Source of the DNA: Chrysomallon squamiferum
Lineage: Eukaryota; Animalia; Mollusca
NCBI GenBank assembly: GCA_012295275.1
Contig: CM022673.1
Location: 28,086,001 to 28,150,000, forward strand
Reading direction: 5' to 3'
Length of the DNA: 64,000 nt
Shown: one piece after another, positions 12,442 through 43,882 of the stretch
Numbering within the stretch: the first letter of the stretch is position 1
Layout of the letters: each line of letters begins with the position of its first letter
The notes under the pieces: model-generated
What the model was told of the DNA's origin: nothing
What the model saw: the letters and a program-made list of their open reading frames with translations, nothing else
Database searches by the model: none
Translations under genes and position numbers: made by a program

Positions 12442-15400
12442 CTATGAATAATATGTTTGAATGTGCTTATATTTAAATAATTGTCCATTTTAGATACGTT
12501 TTATCTTTGAAAAAAACAAACACAAAAACAATAATAATAATAATAATAATCATGTTTTTGTCATTGTTTCTATGTTGTGAATTTTGCAGGTCACACTATT
12601 AAAACAGTTGCCAAAGTTTGTTGTAATTAGATGTGTACTTAAAGACAAAAATAAAAACACATGTTTAGTTGTTTTTATCCATCCCACCTGTTTTGATGAT
12701 AACTAGTCTGTCATGGTCACATGCTTCTCATTATTCTTCATTTAGTCTTCTTCATTGTTCATGTGTACTTTAGTTTTGTGCCTATTTTTGATTCCGTTTT
12801 TAAAAAAAAAAATACAAATAATGATTTGTAGTGTGTATACAAGACTGCAGTTCAGATAATGGCAAATTTTATTTTATACAAAAATTAATAATCATAAATT
12901 TTTGATGATACATTTTTGATTTGGACTAACAATTCCAGTGTGTGTGTGTGAATGTAGACTAAAAGTGGCTGTTAAAATAATAACATTAAATAAAGGAAAA
13001 TATTTACACAGAATCATTCTGTTTTACTGTAGAGAACATTTTGTTTTTTTGGTTCATGTTCATTTGTTGTTATTGCTATTGGTTGCTGGTATGATTTCAT
13101 TTTTTCAACTTCTGAAAGAGAAAATTATCAGCATTAACAAACATTCAAACCTACAAACTTGGATTAATGTATGTACCTTAATGGATACTAGCATTTAATG
13201 GTAAATATTTGGAACACAATAAAAAAAGATGATATCCTGGCTGTAAAGAAGACAAATGACAATAAGGTACAACACAACAGAGTAAATATATTTCATCACA
13301 AACAGAATAAAACCAAAGTTTAAACACTTTCAGTTTTCAGCTCTCAAAGTTTCAAGATCTAAGTTCCTTAGAAAATTTTATTTTCAGTATGTTCTGATGT
13401 ATCAAAATAAACATTTTGGTACATTAGATAAAATCTGAATAATTTTATAAAAACTAACTGAAAGATTTTCAGAGGCTTTGATTGAAACTTCAGAAGTTGA
13501 CTTTTGTGAAATTATACCACACCAGTGCAGACTCAGTTTTTCATTGTCATTAATCTGAGCTATCACAGAGAGTCCATGTTACTTTATTTTTTATAATTTT
13601 TGTTTATTAAATTTTTTGTTCATTTGTAACCAATATATTCCCACCAACTAGATTATATTAGCAACTGCACTGCCACCAACGTTTTGTATTTTTAAAATTA
13701 TTAATTTTCTTTCAACCCTTTTTCTTTGCATTGTTTATTTTTTTATTATTATTATTTTTGTTTGTGCAATTAACAGTCTACCATAAAATTGTGTTCAGGT
13801 GACACTCTAGTCCATTGTATTGTACATGTAATTTTCATATTTAGAGGCTATTTGAATTCACTTGTACTTAAACATGCAATAATTTGTCTCCCATTTACAT
13901 ACTTCTGAAATTCAAATTGAAAACCAAAAAAAGACAAAGAGAAAATTTGCTGCTGAAATAATGCTTACAATTAAAAAATGTATTTCATAAGGAGAATAAT
14001 GCAAAATTTGCAATACTTCCTATATATATATTTATATATATATATGTTTTTATTTTTTTAATGCAAATTTTTCTTATAGATGTGCATTGAATACATGAGA
14101 ATATTCATTATACTAAAAAACAAAAAATAGTTTATACATTTTTTTTTTTATATATATATTTTTATAAATTAATAAATTTGTCTCCCATATTTAGAAAAAT
14201 AATTTATGGAGTTCAGTAATTTTTAAAATCATTAATTTTTTTTCAACACACTGAATTAAACAAAAAAAAATGTCAATACTTTGGTGTAAAACTGCTTAAA
14301 AATATTTTTTGAATACTTACCGAAATTCTAACTATTTTAATCATTAACAAAAGAAACATTCTCATGAAATACACAAACATAAGATCTGATTTTCAACTAC
14401 GTATAGACTGAAAGTAATTAACAGTGACTGTTATACGAACGAGAAATTAAAACATTTTTTATCAAGTGGGCAATATATAACCCTGACAAGACAAAAGTAA
14501 ACAGGCTACATTTCATTATTATCATTATTATTAGTTTATTATTTTTTTAAATTTTATTATTATTATTATTGAAAAAATATAAGGATTTAATTAATGAGTG
14601 CTTTAATGTATATTGTCATGTGAAATCTCCACTGAAGTTCAGGCCAAAGGTGCAACAGTATGTGAATCTCAGAATGTCTGTATATCTGTCTGTATATCTG
14701 TCATGTATATCCATTATGTTATTACGTGTACGTGTTCTGGTATGTTTGTGTGACCTGTGTGTGTGTATATATATACATATATAGATATAGTAAGTGTGTT
14801 TGATTTCATTAACCAATCACAAAGTCTCTTTATATATTTGTTTCATTGATTTGGTATGATTTTTTTTTTGTGATTTTTTTTTTTTGTTGAAAATTCCACC
14901 AGAAACTCTGGCTCACTATAACTGCTGATTAATTTTTTGGAATTTTTTTCGTTATTTAATAAAAAAAAGATTTCAAATGTTTAGATATATATTTTCCAGT
15001 AATTCAGGTTTGTGAAAATTATGAATTTAATAATGAAAACATTGGAATCGCAATTAAGATTTTTTTATTTTATTTTTTTTTATAATTTTTATGTCTGTTA
15101 TCGGAGTGATGAATAAATAATTTAATGGAAATTTTGTGATAATAACTCATAAAATAACATTGGATAATTCTGTTTTAGGAAATAGCTAATTGAATTAATT
15201 AATTTAACAAAATTAATATTCTGAAAAAACCAAAAAACCATCCATTTTTACAGAATATAATAATAATAATAATAATAATAAAGTGTTTAAAAACAAAAAC
15301 GAAAGCATCAAAGCCAGATGTTTGATGAAATGTATTGTAATTAGTGTTTCTGTTACACTGTTTTGTTTTGTTGGTATAATACCACTGAGTATTAATATTT

Positions 15401-17476
15401 ATCCAGTTCTTTAGTATTATCAGTCTTTTTTCAGTTTAGTATAAACTGGTTTGTTCACAGTATATGTGATCTGTACGGTGAAATTGCAGCAATCGTCATT
15501 CCAGATTGATTCCAAATGTCAAGTGATTTTCTGTCTTTTTAAACCATTTAAGAACAAATTATATATGATTTAAATGTACCTGATTATCTAAAAAACAAAC
15601 AAAAATGCCTTTAAAAATTAATTATAGAAAGTATAATGAACATTTCATTATTATTATTATTATTATATTCTTTATTACAGTATTTTTAAATATTTTTTAA
15701 ATTTATTTTTGATCATTATACAGAATTACAAAACAAACTGCTGCACAAATTTTGTTGTCATGAAAAAAAAAACACCCCAACACATTAATAATAATAATTT
15801 GTTTTATTATCATTATTATTATTCTTAGACCAAAGACATATGACCTTTCTGTATATTGTCCATCTGTCTTCCTGTCTTTTGATCCGAATGTAGTGTGTAT
15901 GCTTGTGTTAGTTAGTTAGACCTGCAATACATTGTTGTAATTATTTTACAATGGAATATACCTGTTTTCATTTTCTATTTGTATTTTTAAACATTTCTGT
16001 ATATAGTGTAATGTTGTCAGCTCATATTTTCACCCCATCCTCATTTATACAGTAGTATTTTTTGCCAAGTGCTTCAATTTGTTTTCAGTATTTTTTGTGG
16101 TTTTTTTTGTGATGACATATATATATATATATATATATATATACGTATATAATTATATATATATATATAATTGTACTTAATGATTCATTTCCTCTCAAGC
16201 ACATGTTTTAGCCAAACACATGTCTGTATGTATGTTTATTAACCGATCATTGAAAATGTGCATTCCATTTTGAAAATGATGTTACTGTATTATTATTATT
16301 ATTATTTTTTGTTTTCTCTTGTTTTGTTGATATTATCTTGTCATGTTGTTGATATGATTACAGTCCGTTTTACTTTCACATCCTTTCATCATTTGTAGAC
16401 AAAAGAAATTTAGTTTTCTCTTTATTACATTATTCATGTTCATATTATAAATAAGCTTTATGCTGTTTGCCAAATTAACATTTATTGTCATAGCTGTATT
16501 TTTTTGTTTGTTTTTTTATAATTCTGAAACTTTTAAGTTTATATGAAAATAAATAATAATTAATAAAAACATCAAAGATACTGAAATGTGAACACATGTA
16601 TATCAGTGGTATGATGCACATTTATCATTCAGTTTTATTTTGAGAATTTTTATATTAAAAAAAAGAAATTATAATTATTTAAGGATAACTCAACATTTAC
16701 ATTCTGGTTAAGTTTGATCAATGAAATCCATAAATTGTTTTTTTAATGTTTTTTTCTGCTCTAAAGAAGAAAAAACGTATTTAAAGTTCGAGTAAATAAA
16801 TTTGACCATTCCACAAAAGAAGTGGCTAAATTAAAACCAGGTTTTGGTATCCATTCCATCCTTATGATGTTTGTCTGATCAATTTGTTACATGTAATTTT
16901 TGTTTTTAATTCATTTGCAAATGCCAAACAATTTCAATGGTCACAAATTTATGTCCCACCCACCCCACCAAAAAAAAAAAAAAAAAAAAAATTAACCGGT
17001 TTTGTCCACAACAGTGGTCACAAAAAAAAAAGCCATTCCACATAGTTTTGTAGATGAAGAATTTATTATTACTATTATTTGAATTTTTCTGCTTTTTTGT
17101 TTTAGCTGTCATTATTAAGGATTTGTTTTTACATTTACATTTATGTTTTATTATATATGTGTGTGTGTATAATTATATTTTTGTGTCCGGTGATATGGAC
17201 TGGAATTGGAAAAACAGTTTATGCTTTAATAACAAAATACTGCCTAGTTTACCCTGCTTGCAAAACTAAAAATGTGCTACTAACAATAAACTGACTCGTT
17301 TAGTTCAATATATATGTTAGGTGTAGAAACTGTGACAAGGATCAAAACTGAAATTAAAAAAAAAAAAATAAAATAAAATAAAAATTGTCAAAATGATTCT
17401 AATAGGAATAAGATATTCAAAGATAAACATCAATAATAGGATGTGTATTTTCTATAAAATTGTCTAATTTACCGGT

Positions 17477-17508
<32 letters not shown>

Positions 17509-19684
17509 GAACATTTTGTCTTAGTTTTCTCTTTCCATTGGTATACAACAGTATGCATTAAATATCTGCTGAGACTTGATCTTCCACTTACCTGTAAATT
17601 ATATACACCTATATATTTAATATGCGTATTATTATAAACTAGACATGCACTGTTTTTACGTTATCCACTGGTTCAGTGCTTATAAAATATATAAATTTAA
17701 GCTGAGGAGAGTTCCAATCCACTGAAAAATGTTTTATTTTTTAAACAAAAACAACAACAACTTTTAAGACAAATAGAATAAATGTTAATAAAATTATGTA
17801 TTTAAATGTTCATTCTGTCAAAAAAAAAATATTCAGTATTTGTGAGTTAATTTTGGATAATGATCCGTTTTTGTCTGCAAGTTTATAGTTTTAAACTTTG
17901 TTATTAATTAAAGATGCAAATTAGTTTATTAAAAAAAAAAAAAAAGAAGTCTTCCATGAATATTATTTTGTGAGTCCAGATTTTATCCGTTTTGGCAAGA
18001 TCTTCATGCAAAATGACATGAAGTGCTTGCCAGACATTGCCTTGATTCGATTTGTTAAGCATTGCAATACTGAAACATTCTGGTTGTGCAACTTTTAATG
18101 TCTGTGACTTTTTATTTCTTTTCTGTTTCTTTTTTGATATTTTTTTTTTTTTTTCTTAAATTAATAGCATTGTGTTCAGAAATTTGATTATCATGACAAG
18201 TTGTGAATCCACGATTTTTAGATGTTTCACCATCTTTGTAGCATTTATTTTTTTTTTGGTGTGAAATATATATATATATTTTTTTTATCCAAAAGCAAAC
18301 AACAATCCCATAAACAATATATTATACAATTTATTATACAATTCTCAAATAATTGTAATCTCATTATGAAAGTCTACTGCTGCAGTTTATTGTTTTGTTA
18401 AGAAGCTTTTCACTGACTGATTAATTAAATGTTGTGCATGCTGAATATTGCTGAACTCTTCTCAGTTCTTGTATAAAAGTTATTTAAAAATTTATATAAT
18501 GAATTGAGTGCTTTGATAAAGAAAAACAACAACAAAAAAACCACATTATATTTTAACTGTGTTTGATAGAGAGAGCAATAACTCGACTGTTAACAAATGC
18601 AATATAACCATGATCATCATTAATAGATACACGTATTTTTAAAATATATCTTTTCTGAAGAAAAAAAAACCCACCAAAATTCATTCATGTTCATTTATTT
18701 TTAAAAAAAGTATTCTCAGAATAGAAGAAAAAAGTGATGATTTATAAACACAAAAATCAAAATCGAAACAGTAGAATTTCATTTTGTATAGAAAATCTCT
18801 TCCATTTTCATTAAATTATGATTAATCATGAACAATTATCTAACGTCCTTATTAAGTCATTCTCACTGATCGTTAATTAAACAATGCTTTTTTTCATATG
18901 ATAATTTTTTTTTTTAATTTTACAATTTTTGAGCAGATAATTATTTCTGTTTTTGAAAACAAATGAAAGAAGTCATAGTTTTTTTTATTAATTTTTACAC
19001 AAATACACGCTAATAAGCAAAACTCCTTGTTAATTTTAATTGTGTATTAAGCAATATGACAATTCTTTTTCATTTGGTTATCATTTGTAGCATTAAAAAA
19101 AATAAAAAAAATAACTTCCAGTATTTCAAGAAAGTCGTAGTTAGACTTAAACCATACTGTAGAAAGCCAAGTTCATTCATTCATTTTTTTTTTTTTTTTT
19201 TTACTGCTCATTAACAAATTCTTCAACTGATCAAAACAATGTTCATAGAATTTATATTGCTTTATATCGCTTCTTTTTTCCTACCTCAGTTTTAGTTACA
19301 TATATATATATATATATATATAAGTAATATATATATATATTTTTTTTTTCTTCCCTACCGAAATGTCCTAGGTTATGAATACGTATTTTTAAAATTTATT
19401 TTCGTTTGTTTATTTTTTTTATATATTATTATTTTTTGTTTTTGTTATTTTGTTATTTTGTTTTTGGCTTTACTGAACATGTACATATCATTTGACAAGG
19501 TCAGCAACAATTGGCAGCCCTGCAGCTTCTTGCTGTGTGTAGTGACCACCACGTGTTTACTGTGCTCTTCTAGCTCATCGTGCCCTTTTTGTCAGTGTTT
19601 ACAACAACGTGTGTGTGTAGATCATAGAATTGGAATAAAAATAAATCAAATAAAAAAGAAAACGGAATTGTCTTTTTTTTTTAT

Positions 19685-19687
<3 letters not shown>

Positions 19688-19770
<83 letters not shown>
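19688..19770. repeat. (GA)n microsatellite
   Basis: Directly visible. Similar (GA/CT)n tracts lie at ~24501, 32554, 33341, 38541, 40683, 42400, 46690, 48656, 50810, 53899, 57723, 59361 and 60125. Confidence 0.95.
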
Positions 19771-19775
<5 letters not shown>

Positions 19776-20670
19776 CGTACGTTTTACTTAAACAAACTAT
19801 ATTAATAATGCCTCAGTTTCTTCAGATGACAGACTTGACGTACCTAATGCATATTTATGGCAATCCCAATTTTTGGGAAGGGTTCTTTTGAGCCAAATAT
19901 AAAATGGCCACTATTTAAACTAAATTTTGGCCACCTCTCAGCCAAAAAAAGAAATGTGAATCAGATTTAAAAGGCCAACCCAGTTTCTGATGTCAAGGAA
20001 TAAAGAGCCCATTTGATCTGTGGAAACTCTGTGATTGCAATATTAGGTATCAGATATTATAATAATCAAAAAATATATTACCGAATTTACTCGGTTAAAT
20101 TTGAAAGATTGAGCCAATAAATAACTTGCGTGCAGTGCACTCTATGAAAAATATAGGCAGCTATAAAATGCTGGACAATTAATATGTTACGGTAAAAAAT
20201 GTCCCCAAAGCAGATAAATGTTAGATATGCACCCGTATAAGATAAAGAGCTAATATATTGTAGAGTATTGTTAGTATGTAAATCAACGAGGGCCTATCAG
20301 CTTGATGGTGCTATAAAATCCCATAAAAAAAAAAAACAGTTATATATTTCGTTAAACGCACCTTAGTAGTCACTGAGTGCACATAAATCAAAATATATAT
20401 ACATATGGATGGATAGATAGATACACAGTTAGGTAGATTAGATATTCTTTTTTCGTCTTTTTTTTTTTTTTTTTTTTTTTAACATATCTGATGTCGAGTA
20501 CACAGATTCGAATTACTAAAATAAAAAGCCGCAGTCTTGAAATCATTTTAAACGTATGTAAATAAAATAAGTCACCGAAATTTACAACAATCGACACTTT
20601 TATGAGTTTTTAAAAATACAATATTTATCTTGTATAAATTAGTCAGTGACAGTAACTTTTTAAAGACAGG

Positions 20671-20707
20671 TATATAAAAATGCTGCTGTGTGGACGTTGT
20701 GTTCAGT
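20671..20707 (+). promoter_or_regulatory. Core promoter: TATA box plus initiator of the Cys-rich secreted protein gene
   Basis: TATATAAAA starts at 20671 and TCAGT (Inr-like) is at 20703-20707, ~30 bp downstream and just ahead of ATG 20726. Confidence 0.7.
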
Positions 20708-20725
20708 CTGCGATCCCGTGTCATC

Positions 20726-21968
20726 ATGAACTTCATTCTGACTCTCGCTCTTTACGGAGGTAAGTAAAATATACATTTTCAAATCTCTTCTTATTCATCT
20801 TCCTCCTGTACCAGCTGTTATATTTATACCAACAATTATTACCTCAAATTATTTTTATTTTCTCCCCATACTAAATAAATAACAAATTTAAAAAAAAAAG
20901 ATAAAAAAAAGAAAAGAAAAACGCTTCGCACAGTGATCAACAAATAAAATTATTTACTATCCTTTTGCCTTTTGTCCATGCACTTAAAACTGTATCTTTG
21001 TTTTTTTTCCCTGCATACGAAATGAAGAAAAGAAAATAAGGAAAAACTCTTATTTAACGATGCCTTCATATCTGATGTTACGACTTAATAGTAACAGTCC
21101 ATTACACATACGAAACGATTATATAATCTTCGAATCATAGACTCACAAACTTGTTATAATTAAAATATAAATGTTTTAGAAACCCCATTTACACAGACTT
21201 CAACAGTAACAAAGTTATATCGACAGAAATTACAAAAAAAAAAAATAATATATATATATATAAAAAATAAATACACAAACGAGTGGTTTGTGATGACACG
21301 TATATATTATCAAATAATGTTATGTTTTTGAACTGTTAAAGATACAATTAAAACTGTATTCGTCTTGTTCATGTTGCAGTAATGACGTCATCCGTCAGCT
21401 GTCAAACTTGTACATCGTGTGAACAAACCTACAATGCAGCCAAAACCGCTTCTGGTGCTACTGACCAGGATAAATGCAAGTAAGTACATACGACACGATC
21501 TGATCTGAATTTAAATCAAACCCAGAAGTCTAAAATTATAACATAACATGAGAAGGTCCATCAATTTTAATAAATACATTTTTAATGGTAAAAATCAAGC
21601 AACATTTCATAAAGATGCTTATACGAGAGTTACCATTCAATTCTTTCAAACGCCCACATTAAGAAAATGGCAGACAAACAGCAACAACAACAAAATGTTC
21701 AGATACTGCTGCAGTCAAAATGTTACTACAGAAAAATGACCATTCAACCCTGTCAAATGCTCATGTTAAGAAAACAGTAAACAAATAACACGGTAAAATG
21801 TCATTGACGAAAAAAATATGTTAGAATAAAAGGTTATTGTCATCGTGATGCAAATAAATAAATATATAGACAGATAAACAAACAAACAAACAAATAAATA
21901 AATAAATAAATGTGTAAAGCTGATACCGTCACAGACTAAACAGTTTTTCAGAAATAATTCTAAGGCGT

Positions 21969-22000
<32 letters not shown>

Positions 22001-22422
22001 GGAAGACTAATGATAATTAATGACGAAGACGATGATTTGTAAGAACACCACGACAGCAACAACTTCCATGACAGTAATTATGTCGAAGACAACATCAGTG
22101 TATATATGCGTACGTATTAATGGCTGTATTGTTTTTAGTGCGGCCAAAGAAAGTCTGAAGTGTTTGTTTGAAGCGTTTGACGGCAATGAGGATGCTGCTG
22201 GCTGCAACACCGTCGCAACGATGGTAAATCGAACGGAGACGGACATGAAAGCCTTAGATTCACAAGGAACCCGATGCAGTAATTATTTTATTAATTTATT
22301 TTTAATATTAATTAATTAATTATTTTTGAAAAATAAAATAAAAACTAGCATTGACATTTGTAATTATTTTTATTTTTTAATAATATATAATTTGATAAAA
22401 AAAATTTCATTAGATATTTATT

Positions 22423-22516
<94 letters not shown>

Positions 22517-23578
22517 ATACACATATGCACATATACAGATACTTATGCTTATCATAAATTTTACCGACAAATGAAAGATCAACTGAATTGAACAACAGAA
22601 ATTGTAAAATGACATGCGTTAAGTTTACATTCTTCTTCTTCTTCTTCTTCTTACAGTTTCTACAGATACTTGCAAGTGTCAAATGACATATATGAAGTTA
22701 TCCAGAGTTAATCACCTCTATGCACGGTGTCTGTAAGAGAACTGAACCATTTTAAACGTTCATCTATTTGTCTCTGAACTTTCATTAAGTGTGTTCACTA
22801 ATTATTTCTTCCCATTTAGCTGATCGTAGATTCAGTAAGTTTCGTTATTAACTGAATCCATAGCCTCGGGTGTATGCCCACTCAGTAATAAAGAATTTAG
22901 AAAAAAAAAAAAAATATGACACGAAAAAACATCTGATGATACCAGTGTTGATGGAAAACCTATCTCCAGTTATATCCACAGGCTCGATTCACACATGAAC
23001 ACATATACGCAAGAATGCACGCGCACGCTCAAACAAGGCACACAAAAGCACACATGCACAAACACACTAACACACCCATACATATGTGTGTTGTTGAATA
23101 TTAATAGTTGAAAATTTGTATTAATTTCAGAGGTGTTTCAGTGTTCGGGGTTTGTGTTGATTTAACACGGGGTGTGGCTTGTGACAGCAACGTTACCACT
23201 GCTGATTTTAAAACTGATGTGAAACGAATTTTCACAAGAGTTTGTTGTGGTAAGGAAATATCTATGATAAATTATATTAGTATTTTTTTAAAACACAAAC
23301 AAACTGGGTGGAAAAAAGTAAAGAAAGCAACAAAAAAAAAAAAAAAAAAAAAAAAAAAAGAAAAGAAAAGATAATAAAAAGATAAATAAATAAATAGATA
23401 AAATGAAATAATAAAATAAAATAAGTAAATTAAAAAAGAGACAACACAAACAACAAGGAAAAAAAATAAATAAATACAAGAACAATAACAAGAACAACAA
23501 CAACAACAAAATTATTATAAAAAAAAAAAAAAGAAATAAAAAACTATAATGAAATAATAAAAAATAATATAATAAAAA

Positions 23579-23628
<50 letters not shown>

Positions 23629-23761
23629 TTATATGGCATCAGCGAGTTTCCTTACTAACATTATTTTTCTTTTTTAAGTTTCAGGTTCTTCCGGATTGTC
23701 GCAAACCATGGCGGTTGTACTAATAGCCTGCCTATTTGGACAGCTCCTCTCAAAACTTTGA
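20726..23761 (+). CDS. Secreted Cys-rich, probably GPI-anchored protein (~183 aa); exons 20726-20759, 21380-21479, 22139-22278, 22657-22732, 23131-23249, 23679(or 23685)-23761
   Basis: Six exons with canonical GT-AG sites and consistent phases (1,2,1,2,1). N-terminal signal peptide MNFILTLALYGVMTSSVSC, two 6-Cys modules, and a C-terminal SGSSGLSQTMAVVLIACLFGQLLSKL* GPI-type tail. TGA overlaps an AATAAA. Confidence 0.85.
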
Positions 23762-24105
23762 ATAAAAATAAAAACTTAATTCATATGTCTAAACTTCTGT
23801 CTTCCTAAAATTATAAATTTAATTCATTTAGATGACGTAACCCAACTGTTTTTCACGTGACTAACATTCAGCAGATGAAATCGTTTTACGGTTAATTTAA
23901 TTTTAATTTTTTCCCTATTTCATATCCGTTCTGAACTTCGAGCAAATTCTTTGCATATAATAAAAAAAACTGACAGATTTATAAATTTCCATTTAATAGG
24001 TTAGTGGAAATTATTTAAAATTGTAGTACAATAGCACGACGTCACAATTGACGTCACTACAATAAAGAAGGACCGATGAAGAAGCCTGTACTGGTAAATA
24101 ATAAT

Positions 24106-24136
<31 letters not shown>

Positions 24137-24450
24137 TTAAATAAATAAATAAAAAAATAAAGCTTAGATTCAATCAGTTTTAACATATCACTTTTATATA
24201 TCTTTACAGTATTACGTAATTATTTGTTTTAAATATAGTTACACAAGATAAAGCTGGACTATGTAAGCAGATTAAAAATATGTTATGATGTGGATGCTAA
24301 ATGCGACACGGAAATAAACGTATTTTGCACAGTGTTCGTTTTGTTGTTATAAATGCCTTTATAAATCATCCCAGTTAATTTCGTAATCATATACATACAT
24401 AAAGTGACTTGGACATGCGTACATGTTTAAACAAAATATGATTTAAATTA

Positions 24451-24582
<132 letters not shown>

Positions 24583-25034
24583 TATTCTGTATTCTGCATG
24601 ACAGCTATTTCTTGTTGATTAATTTGATATAAAAACGAAATCCAGCAATGAGAATTTAATTATTTTATTTTTTAATTATAAATACATACTGGCAAACAAT
24701 AAATGTAAAAAATAATAATATGAACAATTATCATATTATCGTAACGTCATCATTTTATCAAGAAAAGATATATCTTATTTTGATTCTTAAAAAAAAAAAA
24801 AAATTATGTAAAAGCTTTTTTAAAAATTATTATTTCTAAACTATCCAATGAAACAGCATTATGCAAAATCAGGAATTGTAAAACATAAATCTAAAAATTA
24901 CTGTCAACTGCTAATATTACTTAATAAAATGATGATTATTTTTATAATAGTAATTATAAATATATATTAAATAAAACGAAAAGTTAATATTTTAATAAAT
25001 ATAAATTTGTATTATTATGGTGTTGAATAATAAT

Positions 25035-25097
<63 letters not shown>

Positions 25098-25111
25098 CAA
25101 TAATAATAATG

Positions 25112-25153
<42 letters not shown>

Positions 25154-25738
25154 GAATAAATAAATAATTCAATAATAGAAACTATCGATATTTTAATAAT
25201 GTACAAGATAATCAAATACCAGTTTTGTGCATGAAAATAACGTTTTTTTTTATAATCTCACTCTATACAGATATATTGATATAAGCAAAAGATTGTTAAA
25301 TTAAATAATTTGTACATTTCGTGAACTATTAATAAATGACCTTTCTTGTTCAGCTCACAGATAATTTATAATTTGTTTTGTTAGACTAATAAAATAATTT
25401 AATTTGTAAATTTTATAAGGTCTCTTATTCAACAGTTTGTGTCAAGGTATTTATTATAAACAAGTTATAATCTCTCTTGTAAAGTATCTAAAAATGGCAA
25501 CAAAAAGAACAAAATATCAAATTTTTTCAAAAATTATAAATAAATTAAAAAGCCAAATAAAAATATAAAATAAATGAATTAAAGAATAATACTATTTCCT
25601 TTGCTAAATATATATATATATGTAATAAAAACAAAATAAAATAAATTAAATAAAATAAATAAGGAAATAAAATTCCTTCTGTAATAGTCTGAAAAAAAGG
25701 AAAATAAAGAACAAATAGAAAAAACAAACAAAGAATAA

Positions 25739-25773
<35 letters not shown>

Positions 25774-26402
25774 TTCACAAATTAACAAATTATTCTTATT
25801 AAATAGATATAAACTAATGAAAATAAAATAAAATAAAATACAATAAATAGATAAATGATATCAATCAATAAATACTATTAATAATGTTTAAAACAGTAGT
25901 ACCACTATAGTAGTGCGAAACAATAATTAAAAACAAACAGGCAAAATAAACAAAAATTACACAGACATGACAATAAATATGAATAGTAAAATCATTATCA
26001 ACTTCATCCATTAGTAAACTAACATCACATTTGTTTCAAGGCAGATGTCAAATATTTGAATATAAAAATAAAAATACTGCAGTAAAATTAATCAATTTTT
26101 CATAATTACATCAGAGTCATGAAAACAATATCAACTTTGCAATATTAAATTTCTTGAATAGTGGTAACCATGGGCAACTATTTTTTTCAAACAACAATCT
26201 ATCCTGACAAAATTATGGATCCTTGTTATATTTGATTGAAACTTAATTGAACGTATTCTTGAATACAGAAAAAAACTGGATTGAAACCAGAGACAGGAAA
26301 TTTATTAATTATTGTTTTCATTTATGAAATATAAATTGTATAAAAATTTATATAATAATTTAGTGATAATAATAAATGTTGATGGTGGTTAAGGTTTGTT
26401 GA

Positions 26403-42649
<16,247 letters not shown>

Positions 42650-42907
42650 TGTAATAACTACTTGAAATTCTGGTTTTATAATGTTTATCTGGAAAAAATA
42701 ATAAAACTGGTAAGAAACACACAGTAACACGCACACACACAGACAGAAACACACAGACACACACACACAGACACACACACATGGTATGAGACACTGAAAA
42801 AGAAAATTAAACAGCACACACTCACATTCAAACAAATGTTAACAAATAAATCGTAATGTATGATAAATATAATATACGTTAAATATTAAAAGTACCAAGT
42901 AATATCA

Positions 42908-42970
<63 letters not shown>

Positions 42971-43052
42971 AAGAATAATGATGGTGATGATGAAAAATAA
43001 ATAAATAAATAAATAAATTCTACAACAATTCTTAAACTTTTAACAGACTTAC

Positions 43053-43100
43053 CCGAAGAGCCAGAAAAGAAAACGTGTTGGTACTATTTCTATATTTACG
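43053..43100 (-). other. Candidate non-coding first exon/promoter of the cadherin gene
   Basis: Strong minus-strand donor G|GTAAGT at 43053/43052. The signal-peptide exon begins at an acceptor (42688), so an upstream exon is required. The 5' limit is unknown. Confidence 0.45.
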
Positions 43101-43848
43101 ACTGATTTGTTCATTTTGCGTGTAGGCGAAGACTAAGTCATTTCAAACGAGCTGGCTTCTGCATGCAGTTCTATTGAGTTTCGTTTTTGTCTTGTCGTGC
43201 GATCACGACACTACAGACAAAACTGCAGTCAGTCTGTAAAACAAGACAAAAAAGTCTGCGGTGGTCTCCTGACTCTTAGTTAAGTTTACAGTGCTCAAAG
43301 TTTCTGTTTCCAACAGCTAAACAAAAATATTTGTCTGGTAGGATCTTGTAGATTGTATCAGACTCTTGATTTACATTTTCTGGTTCTAAAGTTATCTTGG
43401 GTGTAGGAATTTCATGAAACACACACGCACACACATACACACACACATACACACACACACACACAACACACAAGCACGCACACATAGACGCATACAGCAA
43501 ATCGCACGCTCATACACAAACAAATTTAAAGAAGAAAAAACAACAACAAAACAAAAAACACCCTGAAAAAGAACAAAAACATCAAAGGACAGAACAAACA
43601 TTAAAGAAATAGAATAAAGAAAGAAAGCATCAAGAATAAAAACAATTAAAACAGTTTAAATAAAAGAACAGCAGATAAACAGAATAAATAAGCCCACAGA
43701 AAATAAGAAAATTGATTCAAAACATAAAATAGAAAAACACATGCGGAGAACTGAAAGTTATTTCTGAAGAAGAAAATATAAAATAAAATGAAATAACAAC
43801 AACAATAATAACAATAGTACTACCACTACTACTACTTTTACAACAACA

Positions 43849-43882
<34 letters not shown>

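Noticed and set aside
19810-20380. Possible non-autonomous DNA transposon fragment
   Set aside because: Composition differs from the flanks, but I could not identify terminal inverted repeats or a target-site duplication.
26164-26178. Near-consensus RFX X-box GTAACCATGGGCAAC
   Set aside because: Lies just 3' of the cadherin stop, far from any promoter, and may belong to a dispersed repeat; no supporting context.
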